A DNA stretch of 32,000 nucleotides, taken from contig SUPR01000014.1 of the NCBI GenBank assembly GCA_005191425.1, forward strand, positions 1 to 32,000, in the 5' to 3' direction. Below the pieces are notes generated by a model. It was not told the DNA's origin and searched no databases. It worked only from the letters and a program-made list of their open reading frames with translations. Position 1 is the first letter of the stretch. Each line of letters opens with the position of its first letter. Shown here piece after piece: positions 1 to 9,623 of this stretch. This DNA is from Candidatus Helarchaeota ASGARD archaeon Hel_GB_B (GTDB lineage Archaea; Asgardarchaeota; Lokiarchaeia; Helarchaeales; HEL-GB-B). The position numbers were made by a program, and so were the translations under genes.

Positions 1-124
1 GATGTTTTTTTCTTCACGAACCCCGCACAATATATCAAATTAATTGTTTCAAAATTTTTAATTGAAAAAAAGTTGATTTTTTCCATTAATATGAATTCTC
101 TCTCGTTTTTTTTTATTTTTTATT

Positions 125-766
125 TTAAGTCAAAATTTCATTACAATAGGGGCAAAAATTCCAGTTTAATTTTATTCTTTTACCACAATGAGGACAGAAA
201 AACAATTCTTTGCGGGATTTTCTCACCATTTTTGCGATCTCTTTCTGTTTGACTTTTTTTAAAGCATCTTTTGCCGCTTTCCTAATATCTATAATAATAT
301 TTCTATTTTTTGTTCCATAGGCATTTTTAGGAATTTGGAAAATAGAAAGTACCAATAAAATCGTTATTAACAGAAATAAAATTGAAAATGCAGTTATAAT
401 TATTCCGGATGAAATATTATCAAAGTCAAACATTTGCGTAAATATTGGATAAAAATATAAACTACCTAAAAAATCTCCTAATAATAGTATTACAAATAAT
501 ATTCCTAACAATAATTTTAAGAGTGGACTAAATACTATTTTATAATAAACCCATAAATCATTTCCTTTTTTAGTATAATATATTTTAATGATTTTTTTCC
601 ATTCTTTATTGAAAAATAAAAAGTTCAATTTTTCTTTTCTAAATTGGTAATTATATAAGTCCATTTTTTTGATATAATACTGTTTCCATAAGTCCAATTT
701 ATCTCCAACATCTTCTAATAGTATTTCTTTTTCTAAAACAACTGGACAATTAGAATAATTATACAT
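125..766 (-). CDS. Membrane protein with two TM helices and a C-terminal zinc ribbon (paralog 3 of a tandem triplet)
   Basis: ATG preceded by AGGGATG; two hydrophobic stretches (LLKLLLGILFVILLLG, IIITAFSILFLLITILLVLSIF); C-terminal CPHCGKRIKLNWNFCPYC; similar to the two upstream genes. Confidence 0.85.
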   Translation of the reverse strand: MYNYSNCPVVLEKEILLEDVGDKLDLWKQYYIKKMDLYNYQFRKEKLNFLFFNKEWKKIIKIYYTKKGNDLWVYYKIVFSPLLKLLLGILFVILLLGDFLGSLYFYPIFTQMFDFDNISSGIIITAFSILFLLITILLVLSIFQIPKNAYGTKNRNIIIDIRKAAKDALKKVKQKEIAKMVRKSRKELFFCPHCGKRIKLNWNFCPYCNEILT

Positions 767-781
767 ATTTTTACATCCCTT

Positions 782-1441
782 TTAAAGCCTAAATCCACAA
801 TAAGCACAAATCTTCCAATTTGGACGAACTTCTCTATTACACGAAGGACATATTTTCTTTCCACTAAATACTTTTGTACCTTTTGTCAGAACATTATCTG
901 CCGAATAATGAATCGCATTTTGTATTGAATATCGAACAAGTGGATAATTCGGAAGACCATAGATATGTGAGGTTGAACCAAATGATATTAATAATAATAC
1001 AATCACGAAGACCGAAAAAATTGGTATTAAAAAAATCATAAAACTATCTAAGTAATTATCTTCTCCAAAATTATAACTATTAAAAAAATACAGAATAGTA
1101 TTTAAAAAAATAATACATGCAAGAGCTCCTATTGTTATAAATACCAATACTATAAAGGATGTGGATAGTCCAACTTTTGGATTAAACCAAATATCCTCAT
1201 CATCAATTTTATAATTTATTTTGATGTCCAAAAACTTTTGTTTTTTAAAAGTCCATCCATTTTCTAATTTGTTTATAAAAATGAAATTTCGCATTTCCAT
1301 TTCATTTAAGAAAACCTGTTCAAATAAATCCAATCTGGGTAACAAGCCTTCGATTTTAATATTTTTTTCAATAGTCTGAATACACATAGACCTTTTATTC
1401 TTTAAATCAGCATTCTCTGTTGTATAAAAATTTCTTACCAT
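782..1441 (-). CDS. Membrane protein with two TM helices and a C-terminal zinc ribbon (paralog 2)
   Basis: GGAGG RBS; ATG overlaps the stop of the previous gene (ATGGTAA); two TM segments; CPSCNREVRPNWKICAYC. Confidence 0.85.
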   Translation of the reverse strand: MVRNFYTTENADLKNKRSMCIQTIEKNIKIEGLLPRLDLFEQVFLNEMEMRNFIFINKLENGWTFKKQKFLDIKINYKIDDEDIWFNPKVGLSTSFIVLVFITIGALACIIFLNTILYFFNSYNFGEDNYLDSFMIFLIPIFSVFVIVLLLISFGSTSHIYGLPNYPLVRYSIQNAIHYSADNVLTKGTKVFSGKKICPSCNREVRPNWKICAYCGFRL

Positions 1442-2118
1442 CTCTGGTCCTCCACCCTCAAATTTTCTCTACAAATGGGACAGATTTTCCAATCCACGCT
1501 TATTTTTTCTCCACAATTGGGGCAGACCCCTGCCTTTATTTTTTCTATTTTGTATTCACTATATAAATACTTTCTTTTAATCTTATCTGCGCTTTGCTTA
1601 ATTGTTTTCTTAATTTCATGTAAATCTTTTTGCTCTTTGCTATAATTTGGTAATGGATTGACTTTATTGAAAAAATTTTGAAAAATAAAAGATACAATGG
1701 ACATGGCTATAAATATAATTATAAATGGAATAAATGGCTGGAATGAATTTATTAATATATCTAACCCACTTGTATGTAAAGAATCACCAAAAATCGTAAA
1801 TACACCAAAAAAAACAACACACAGAAATATTATAGTCCCAATTACCATTCCAGCCCCCAGGAGTGTATAATACGGGTGCGATTTAAATTTTAAATAGACC
1901 CAGATATCATTGTTATTAACTAAATAATTTAAACGAATTTTCTTAAACTTTCTATTTATGTTAACAATTTTATCATCCAAACTTCTTACTTTATATCCTC
2001 TAAATTGAATTTCACTCTTAAATTCATCCCACCACTCTTTATCATACGAGGCAATCTTTCGTACTGGAAATTCTTTTTCCATAAGTTCTAAATCTATATT
2101 ATATGAAATAATTATCAC
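1435..2118 (-). CDS. Membrane protein with two TM helices and a C-terminal zinc ribbon (paralog 1)
   Basis: Two TM segments; CPNCGEKISVDWKICPIC. The GTG at 2118 lies inside the AGGTGA RBS, so the true start may be ATA/ATT at 2115-2109. Confidence 0.85.
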   Translation of the reverse strand: MIIISYNIDLELMEKEFPVRKIASYDKEWWDEFKSEIQFRGYKVRSLDDKIVNINRKFKKIRLNYLVNNNDIWVYLKFKSHPYYTLLGAGMVIGTIIFLCVVFFGVFTIFGDSLHTSGLDILINSFQPFIPFIIIFIAMSIVSFIFQNFFNKVNPLPNYSKEQKDLHEIKKTIKQSADKIKRKYLYSEYKIEKIKAGVCPNCGEKISVDWKICPICRENLRVEDQRW

Positions 2119-2839
2119 CTCGAAATCTAAAAATAAATCACAAGAATAATTTTTTAAATTGTTGAATTTTTATAACCATTTCTTATTTATATTAATTGTA
2201 ATTTCTTATTTAAATTATTTATCCAATGAGATCATATTGAAATCTGTTTATTAAAGGCTATTTAAAAATCTTGCATTTTTAATTATTGATAATGATTTTT
2301 ATTTTATTAAAATTTGAGATAATATTTCTTTTTAAAACAAATTATTTCATTTATCAATAATTCTAAAAAGAAATACTAATTGAAATAAAAATATGGCTCT
2401 TAGATACGGATGCGCTCATAAAATATAAAATGGCTGTTGGTAATGAGTTTTTTTATTATGATACCTTTTTTATTTAACAATATCATATATAAAATCAGTT
2501 TCATAATCAAAATCTAAATCAACTAACCGTAAGTTTCATAACTTGGATGAATATATAATAGTGGAGATGAAAATATATCTGATAGTCGTAAGAAATTCTA
2601 AAAATCTATTATAAAGTCTATTAAAAACTGGCGAGAAATTAAAGTCGGAAATTATATATGTAAAAAAATCCATTTAATGAAAGCAACTGGAAATAAAAAA
2701 ACTCCATTGTTGTTCAATTAAATAAAAATATTAAAAAATGAACAAGAGGGTGAAATTTATTAATTATTGATAATATAATTTTTTGTTGTATTCAGATATA
2801 AAATGAAGTTGGTTAATGAATTTTAAAATAGTGATAAGA

Positions 2840-3316
2840 ATGCCCAGAAGACAAGTCGTTATTGGACGAAAAACTCATGCTAAGGGAGAAACTTTTGAAT
2901 TAGAGAAAAAGGACAGATATTTTTTAAATGTATCTTTAATGTCATTAAAAACAAGAAGAGATTATGATATTGGGAGAGGTGGTGAATTTTTCTTTAGAGT
3001 TCATAGAAAAGGTGAATTACGGGGAAGACGGTCTCCAGATCATGGCCAAATTGAACTTATGGAAAACCAGGTATTTGAAGCCCGTCAAGACTTCACGCTT
3101 TGGACTGAATTTATTCGGTTGAAGCAAGGAGACCCAAAAGAAGTTAATTTACATATCAAGTTATTTGAGCATGATTTAATAAAAAATGAAAAAATAATTG
3201 ATGAACATATTGCAATTAAATTAGGGATGGCACAAGCAAAATATTTAGTTATTGAAGATAAAAAAGGGAATACTAAAGCAAAATTAAAGATAACTTCTGC
3301 AAGAACTAGATTTTAA
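2840..3316 (+). CDS. Hypothetical all-beta protein, possibly C2-domain-like
   Basis: The ORF opens at 2816, but the ATG at 2840 follows a GTGATA RBS-like motif (MPRRQVVIGRK). Alternating beta-strand pattern; LHIKLFEHDLIKNEKIIDEHIAIKL resembles the C2 late-strand pattern. The CDS is well supported, the fold is tentative. Confidence 0.7.
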   Translation: MPRRQVVIGRKTHAKGETFELEKKDRYFLNVSLMSLKTRRDYDIGRGGEFFFRVHRKGELRGRRSPDHGQIELMENQVFEARQDFTLWTEFIRLKQGDPKEVNLHIKLFEHDLIKNEKIIDEHIAIKLGMAQAKYLVIEDKKGNTKAKLKITSARTRF

Positions 3317-3341
3317 ATTTCAATATTTTTTATTTTATTGC

Positions 3342-4160
3342 TTAAAGTTTGTCTAAATATTTTATCCATTCGGGTTTTAAGATATACAATTGTGAAATCG
3401 ATTCTCTAATTACTTCTCGACATACTTTTATCTCTTCGACAGTCGGAGGGTCGACCAATTTTACGTCATCGGGGACCTTTAATTTCCATCCTGTATTTTT
3501 CAAGACATCTTCGATTTTAACATTATAATATATAGAATCAAGGAAAGCTTCTTTATCTTCTTTATCAAACTTTAGAATACAAAGTGGAGTAATAATAGCT
3601 TCAGGTTTGGCATTGATGGGATAACCCAGTTCATATTTTGTATTTCCTCCATTTAGAAATCCTAGATCTGTGATAAAGGAAACTTTTGGGACTAATCTTC
3701 TTGGATTATGTTCATCCAAAAGCCAATATAACTTTTTTGATAGGGCAGCAACTTCCGTTGCACCACCTCCTCCAGGAAGACGATATTTTGGTCTTTCATA
3801 ATTACCTATTGAAGTAGTATTACAATTTCCATATTTATCAACTATGGACGCCGATAAAAATGCAATATCAACTTCACCTCTTTGTAAAAACCCCAATGAA
3901 TCAATTGAATCTCCAATATAAATTGAATCTTGGACAATAATTGGGTCTATTATTGAGAATGGTAATTTCTCAGGCATTGACTTATGAACTGTTCCTGTTT
4001 CCAAAATTATATTAATATTTGGTGCATGTAATCTGTTTGCTATTTGTAATACAAGAAATGGCCATTGAATACCACCGAAAATTACATCATTATTTTTTAT
4101 TTGTCTGGCTGATACTATTAGCATCATTTCAAACCCAGTAAATTCTTTACATCTCTTCAT
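3342..4160 (-). CDS. Family I CoA-transferase, beta subunit (glutaconate/3-oxoadipate CoA-transferase type, GctB/CatJ-like)
   Basis: GIQWP..A.RLHAPN, IILETG (candidate catalytic Glu), AFLSASIVDKYGNCNTT, RLPGGGGATEVA, ITPLCILKFD; adjacent to the alpha subunit. Confidence 0.9.
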   Translation of the reverse strand: MKRCKEFTGFEMMLIVSARQIKNNDVIFGGIQWPFLVLQIANRLHAPNINIILETGTVHKSMPEKLPFSIIDPIIVQDSIYIGDSIDSLGFLQRGEVDIAFLSASIVDKYGNCNTTSIGNYERPKYRLPGGGGATEVAALSKKLYWLLDEHNPRRLVPKVSFITDLGFLNGGNTKYELGYPINAKPEAIITPLCILKFDKEDKEAFLDSIYYNVKIEDVLKNTGWKLKVPDDVKLVDPPTVEEIKVCREVIRESISQLYILKPEWIKYLDKL

Positions 4161-4178
4161 TTTTAATCCTCTATATTT

Positions 4179-5111
4179 TTAAGTTCCAAAATTAATTCCA
4201 TGACTAAATTTCGGAGTAGCTTTCAATTCTTTTATTCGATTTTTTCCCAGAATTTTTAAATATTCCTGCCGATCTTCCACACCTAAAACCCATTTCTCAA
4301 GCCATTTCTCCCACATTTCAATAGTTTTAGTTTCTTTTGCATATTCAAAAATATATTTAATGTCCGTATTATAGAAGCCCTGGACATTACCTGGATGTCC
4401 GCCCCATGGCTCTTCAACAACTCCAGAAACGCGGAATCCCGGCACGATGGTTAAATTAGGGATCTCCTTGATTATTTCTGTATCTACTATTTCCTCACTA
4501 ATTACTATGATTTTTTTACATGCATTTATTCCTAACTTTATATCACCTATAAGGCCCCAAATCTGGGCATTTCCATCCCTATCAACTCTCTGACAATGTA
4601 TAAATCCAACGTCTGCTTTAATTGGTGGGACTACACAAATACTATCATCTGAAAATGGTGACTTAACTACACCGAACTTGTTTTTTATTGATTCTGGCTT
4701 ATCATAAATATCTGTTCCAACTAACGATCTTATTGGCATGAATGGGATATTTAAATAACCTGCTAAATATGACATATTTAGCCCAAATAAAGAATATTCG
4801 TGATAGATAACCTTTTGAGGTATATTTTTTTCAAATGCTCTCTTAAAATTCCATAATGGTTGGGGACCAATTCCATCCCAGACATGTGATGTTATAATAT
4901 AATTTGTACTACCAGTCCCTATTAATTGGTCAAATATTAAACCTCCTGCACACCTTGTAATTTTCAAATTTTTCTTCCCCTGTCTGATTATTTCATGCAC
5001 CACTGAATAAACACTACAATTCCCAAATCCCCCGAAAAATACCAAATCTCCATCGTTTACATATTTCTTTACTGCCTCCTTAACTGTCATTAATTTATTA
5101 TCCGAAATCAT
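4179..5111 (-). CDS. Family I CoA-transferase, alpha subunit (GctA/CatI-like)
   Basis: MTVKEAVKKYVNDGDLVFFGGF, HEIIRQG, PFMPIRSLVGTDI, ADVGFIHCQRVDRDGNAQIWG, VEEPWGGHP; GAGGA RBS. Confidence 0.92.
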   Translation of the reverse strand: MISDNKLMTVKEAVKKYVNDGDLVFFGGFGNCSVYSVVHEIIRQGKKNLKITRCAGGLIFDQLIGTGSTNYIITSHVWDGIGPQPLWNFKRAFEKNIPQKVIYHEYSLFGLNMSYLAGYLNIPFMPIRSLVGTDIYDKPESIKNKFGVVKSPFSDDSICVVPPIKADVGFIHCQRVDRDGNAQIWGLIGDIKLGINACKKIIVISEEIVDTEIIKEIPNLTIVPGFRVSGVVEEPWGGHPGNVQGFYNTDIKYIFEYAKETKTIEMWEKWLEKWVLGVEDRQEYLKILGKNRIKELKATPKFSHGINFGT

Positions 5112-5445
5112 TTTAAATTCCTCTGACCATTATTACCAAATCCTGATTTTTTAAATTAAAATTATCACTCGATATTAAGAATGTAAATAATTATTTATGA
5201 ATTTCAAATAAATTAAATATCTTTAACATAACATCTTTATTTTAAAACTAAATTTTAAAGCAGATAAACCTAATTTCTTAAAATTTATCATTAATAAAAT
5301 TCTCCTTAACAGATAAATTATTGATTTTTTCTAAAATATTAATTTATTGATTGATTTAAATAAATAGAATAATTCACAATTAATTTTGTCTTTGTTAAAT
5401 ATAATTAGATAAACTTTTTAACTCAAGAGAAAAATTATACTATAT

Positions 5446-5655
5446 ATGTTAGATAGGTGCAATTATAACTGCGACAATTGTGAAAAAAGTCCATTTCGAA
5501 GGTCTGCATTTAGTATGGTAGAGGTCTTATACAGAAATGACCCATATATAATAAAAGCCACTAATTATTTAAACAAAAAATTTGGTATTAATAAACCTCC
5601 AAGATATTGGGCATGTCAAATGCAAAAAGGAAAAATTCCAAGATCTCCTTGGTAA
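5446..5655 (+). CDS. Small Cys-rich hypothetical protein (CxxxCxxC plus a distal Cys)
   Basis: 69-aa ATG ORF filling an intergenic gap; RCNYNCDNC near the N-terminus and WAC near the C-terminus; less AT-rich than its flanks. Confidence 0.7.
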   Translation: MLDRCNYNCDNCEKSPFRRSAFSMVEVLYRNDPYIIKATNYLNKKFGINKPPRYWACQMQKGKIPRSPW

Positions 5656-5829
5656 AATTATAGTCCTTATTGTTCTATTTTTCATGGTACTATTAATAAT
5701 TTTTATGTTTCTTTTTTATTAAAGACAATGAATCTTTAATTTAAGATTAATATTTTCTTGATTTTTTTTGAGTATAATTAAAAAAATAAAAAGAAAAATA
5801 CTAAAAGATTTTAAATAAAAATTTTCAAA

Positions 5830-6306
5830 TTATTTATAATGTTCTTTTATATATTTTTGGATAAATTCTTCTGATTTTTCTATTAATTTTAAGACATCAG
5901 CTGTTTCCTTTTTAATCAAATCATTAATACTTTCTTTTACTTTATGTTTTTTACTTTCTTTCCATGCCCGCTTATAAAATTCGAGTGCTTCATCTCTGCC
6001 ATTTTTGTATTCTGCAAACATTCGTGCCATTTCTATATCTGCCATTACAACTCCTTCAAAATCCTTATTTTTATTTTTTAAATCGTGTTTTCGTTCAATA
6101 TAAATTAGAGCTTGACGAGGCTTTTTTAATATCTTATGATAACATTCAGCAATTTTATCAAGAGTTTTATAGGCATCGTCCCATGCAGTCAACGACTCAA
6201 AACGTTTCCATGCCTTTATAAAGAAATTAACTGCTTTTTTAGGATTTGGTTTATCTGCTTCTAAAAATGATAGCCCTTTCTCATAAAATGATTTTGCTTT
6301 TTCCAA
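5830..6306 (-). CDS. Small TPR/SNAP-like helical-repeat protein
   Basis: TTG start after GGTGA; repeated helical pairs AKSFYEKG, AVNFFIKAWKRFE, AYKTLDKIAECYHK, ALEFYKRAWK. Confidence 0.75.
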   Translation of the reverse strand: MEKAKSFYEKGLSFLEADKPNPKKAVNFFIKAWKRFESLTAWDDAYKTLDKIAECYHKILKKPRQALIYIERKHDLKNKNKDFEGVVMADIEMARMFAEYKNGRDEALEFYKRAWKESKKHKVKESINDLIKKETADVLKLIEKSEEFIQKYIKEHYK

Positions 6307-6722
6307 ATAATTTCACCTTTTAATACAAATTTTGTTTTTTAATGATAAATTCTTTAAAATAATATAAATTTATAAAGTATTATAATGATCTTGCTAATTT
6401 TTTTTATATTCTTTTATAAATTATAATCTAAATAAATACTTTTCAATAATATTCAGAGGAGCTTAAACGAAAATAAAGTATTAATTTATTAATAATTGTT
6501 CATCTACTTTAGAATTTTAAAGTATTAATACTCTTAATAAAATAATTGAATGATTTTATAAAAATGTAAGTAAAAAATTCAAATTTATCCTTATTTTATT
6601 AACACGAAAAACCTAAAATAACTGCAGGCCGTCAATCTTCGATAAAAAAGAATTTATAAAATTAAAATCGGTAAGAATATCAATTAAATTACTTATTATT
6701 AATTAATTATGTTGGTGATAAA

Positions 6723-7847
6723 ATGAACATTTCAAAAGATAATTTAAAAAAATTGGATAAATTCAAAGGGTATCTAAATAATGATCAGGTAACTGAATTA
6801 TTTAAAATATTTGATATTAAGTTTGCAGCTGGACATTGGTGTGCTGGAGATTTTATGGATCGATTTATGACCGTTGGCTATAATGACCCAGATAAATTGA
6901 GTTCTGATATAATTAGCCAAATAAAACGGGTAGCAGATGCAAAAATTGTAGGAATTGAATTTCATAATAATATTTTTTTGAATGGAAAAGGCGCTATTGA
7001 CTATGATGTTATTAATACCGTTAAAGAAACCTTAAAAAAATATAATATGGTCGCTACTAATATGAACACAAATTTATGGGGGGCTCCTAAATGGAAATTA
7101 GGTGGAGTAGCAAATCCTGATAAGAGAATAAGAGAAGAAGCTTTACAAGTATTAATTCAAGCAATTGATATTGCGAAAGAAGTAGGGTGTAAGTCTGTCG
7201 CTTATTGGCCGGGTTCTGATGGCTGGGATTATAATTTTCAAATCAATTACGGAGTTATTTTAAAATATTATATTGATGGTTGTATTGAGGTAAATAAGGA
7301 AGCCAAGAAAAAGGGCCTAAAATTTGCAGTTGAAGCCAAACTTCATGAGCCTCGTGAAGGAAATATTGTCATTGGAACGACTGAAAAAGCAGGATTAGTC
7401 TGTAAACAAGTTAATGAAGCGTGTGGAGGAAATAATATGGGTGTTGCTATTGATTATGGTCATGTACAGATGTATGCAGGTGAGCCAGCAGACAATCTAT
7501 ATACAATGAAACAATTTGGAGTTCCAATTCATAATTTTCATGTAAATAATGCAAAACTACATTCAAATGATGAGGACCGGATAACTGGTACTGGTGACAT
7601 TTGGAGGTTTATTGATTTTTGTTATGCTGCTATTGATACTGGATATGAAGGATGGTTTGGAGAAGACCAATTTGAATATAGAACTGACCCTGTCCAAGCA
7701 ATGACATTATCTCGTGAACTATTTGGCAATTGTATGAAAAAAGCACTCATAATATATTCTAAAAAAGATGAACTTGAAGAAGCACAATCAACTGGAAATG
7801 CAATTAATACTATTAATATAGTTAAACGAATAATTTTCAATGAATAA
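6723..7847 (+). CDS. Xylose isomerase-superfamily sugar isomerase, L-rhamnose isomerase (RhaI)-like
   Basis: GGTGA RBS; KFAAGHW, IEFH, WPGSDG, EAKLHEP, IDYGH, FHVN, DEDR, GEDQ. The D-x-G-H and F-H-x-N motifs match the RhaI type rather than the classical XylA EVGH/IDLN motifs. Confidence 0.8.
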   Translation: MNISKDNLKKLDKFKGYLNNDQVTELFKIFDIKFAAGHWCAGDFMDRFMTVGYNDPDKLSSDIISQIKRVADAKIVGIEFHNNIFLNGKGAIDYDVINTVKETLKKYNMVATNMNTNLWGAPKWKLGGVANPDKRIREEALQVLIQAIDIAKEVGCKSVAYWPGSDGWDYNFQINYGVILKYYIDGCIEVNKEAKKKGLKFAVEAKLHEPREGNIVIGTTEKAGLVCKQVNEACGGNNMGVAIDYGHVQMYAGEPADNLYTMKQFGVPIHNFHVNNAKLHSNDEDRITGTGDIWRFIDFCYAAIDTGYEGWFGEDQFEYRTDPVQAMTLSRELFGNCMKKALIIYSKKDELEEAQSTGNAINTINIVKRIIFNE

Positions 7848-8290
7848 ATCAAATTCTACTTTTATTTTTTCTTTATTTATGTGAAATGGACAAAATTTAT
7901 AATTAATATATCTGTATATTTACTTACGGAGATTCGGAATAATCCTTGATCAATATTCTATCATATTTATATATTATAATCATGGAATTGGCTAGAAATT
8001 TAATATATTAACGGAATTTAACTATAAACAATTTAAACACTTGAAGCTTAAAATATTATAGTTAAAAATTATTCTAAAACATTGTTTAATGAAGTCAATC
8101 ATTTTAATAAAAGAAATTTTTAACAATAATTAATATATTAATTTACCAAATCCTAACTTATTTATTATCATAAATTAAAGAATAACCCAAATAATCTTTT
8201 TTAAATAAAATTTTTATAAAAATCTTAAATCGTAAATATAAAGATTTTTTGAAAAAAAGTGATTATTGTTTAAAATAGAGGTATTTGTAA

Positions 8291-9535
8291 TTGTTAAAAT
8301 ACATTAATGAAATTGATCCTGAAGTTGCAAAAGCATTAAAAAATGAATTAAAGAGACAAGAAGAAGTCTTAGAATTAATTGCAAGCGAAAATTATGCCCC
8401 AATGGCGATATTAGAAGCCCAAGGTTGTGTAATGACTAATAAATATGCAGAAGGTTATCCCGGCCATAGATATTATGGGGGTTGTAAATATTACGATATA
8501 GTTGAAGATTTAGCACGTGAAAGGGCAAAACAGCTATTTGGAGCAGAGCATGTAAATGTGCAGCCGCATTCTGGGACACAAGCTAATATGGCCGTCTATT
8601 TTGCCGTCATAAAACCTGGAGATACTTTAATGGGAATGAAATTAGACCATGGCGGGCATTTAAGTCACGGATCACCAGTAAATTTCACTGGAAAATTATA
8701 TAATACTGTTTCTTATGGCGTAGATGAAGAAACTGAAATGATTAATTATGAAAATATTATGGAACTTGCAATTAAATATAAACCCAAGATTATAATTGCT
8801 GGTGCTAGTGCATATCCGCGAACAATCGATTTTAAGAAATTTAAAGAGGTAGCTGATGAGGTAGGAGCTTATCTTCTTAGTGATATTGCTCATATTGCTG
8901 GTTTAGTTGCTGCTAAAATCCACCCAAACCCTATAAAATATTCACAATTTGTCACAGGCACTACCCAAAAGACTTTAAGAGGACCCCGAGGTGGATATAT
9001 TTTTTGTTTTAAAGAATTTGCTAAAAAAATTGATAGTTCAGTATTTCCGGGTGTTCAAGGTGGGCCACTTATGCATGAAATTGCAGCAAAGGCTGTTTGT
9101 TTTAAATATGCAATGACCAAAGAATGGAAAGAATACCAAAAACAAATAGTGAAAAATGCCAAGGCTATGGCAAATGCTCTTTTAGATAATGGATTTAAAT
9201 TAGTTTCAGGTGGCACAGATAACCATTTAATGCTCGTCAATCTGTCAGATAAAGATTATACAGGGAAAGATGCTGAAGAAGCTTTAGAAAAAGCCAATAT
9301 AACTTTAAATAAAAATACTATTCCGTTTGAGAAAAGAAGTCCTTTTATTACTAGTGGTATTAGAATTGGTACACCTTGTATTACCAGCCGCGGAATGAAA
9401 GAAAATGAGATGAATATTATTGCAAATCTAATTACAAGAGTTCTTAATAATATTAATGACAAGAGTGTGATTGAAGAGGTAAAAAAAGAAGTCTTAAAAT
9501 TATGTAAAGATTTTCCTATTTATCCAGATCTTTAA
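8291..9535 (+). CDS. glyA: Serine hydroxymethyltransferase, bacterial type
   Basis: [63 protein letters not shown] (PLP lysine), [16 protein letters not shown]. Confidence 0.97.
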   Translation: MLKYINEIDPEVAKALKNELKRQEEVLELIASENYAPMAILEAQGCVMTNKYAEGYPGHRYYGGCKYYDIVEDLARERAKQLFGAEHVNVQPHSGTQANMAVYFAVIKPGDTLMGMKLDHGGHLSHGSPVNFTGKLYNTVSYGVDEETEMINYENIMELAIKYKPKIIIAGASAYPRTIDFKKFKEVADEVGAYLLSDIAHIAGLVAAKIHPNPIKYSQFVTGTTQKTLRGPRGGYIFCFKEFAKKIDSSVFPGVQGGPLMHEIAAKAVCFKYAMTKEWKEYQKQIVKNAKAMANALLDNGFKLVSGGTDNHLMLVNLSDKDYTGKDAEEALEKANITLNKNTIPFEKRSPFITSGIRIGTPCITSRGMKENEMNIIANLITRVLNNINDKSVIEEVKKEVLKLCKDFPIYPDL

Positions 9536-9617
9536 CAATATTTTTATTTATAACTATCTTTATTTTTCTTTAATATTAATTCTTAAATAAAATTTCCAAT
9601 TTTATTTGATATAAGTA

Positions 9618-9622
9618 GGTGA
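9618..9622 (+). promoter_or_regulatory. GGTGA ribosome-binding site of folD
   Basis: Same motif precedes the starts at 6723, 28825, 6306 and 23369. Confidence 0.6.
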
Positions 9623-9623
9623 T

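Noticed and set aside
2379-2477. Short frame reading IEIKIWLLDTDALIKYK..., reminiscent of a PIN/VapC N-terminus
   Set aside because: Only about 32 codons, with no start codon or RBS and no further PIN acidic residues; could be chance or an unrecognisable remnant.
2563-2721. Interrupted frame containing ISDSRKKF, similar to the ISDKKKF of the 18.5-kb microprotein
   Set aside because: A stop follows immediately and the downstream residues do not match the hairpin pattern; such a short match is expected in AT-rich DNA.
7848-8290. Possible THF or ZTP riboswitch upstream of glyA-folD
   Set aside because: The region is extremely AT-rich with no recognisable conserved riboswitch core or stable stems by eye; an Infernal/Rfam scan would be needed.
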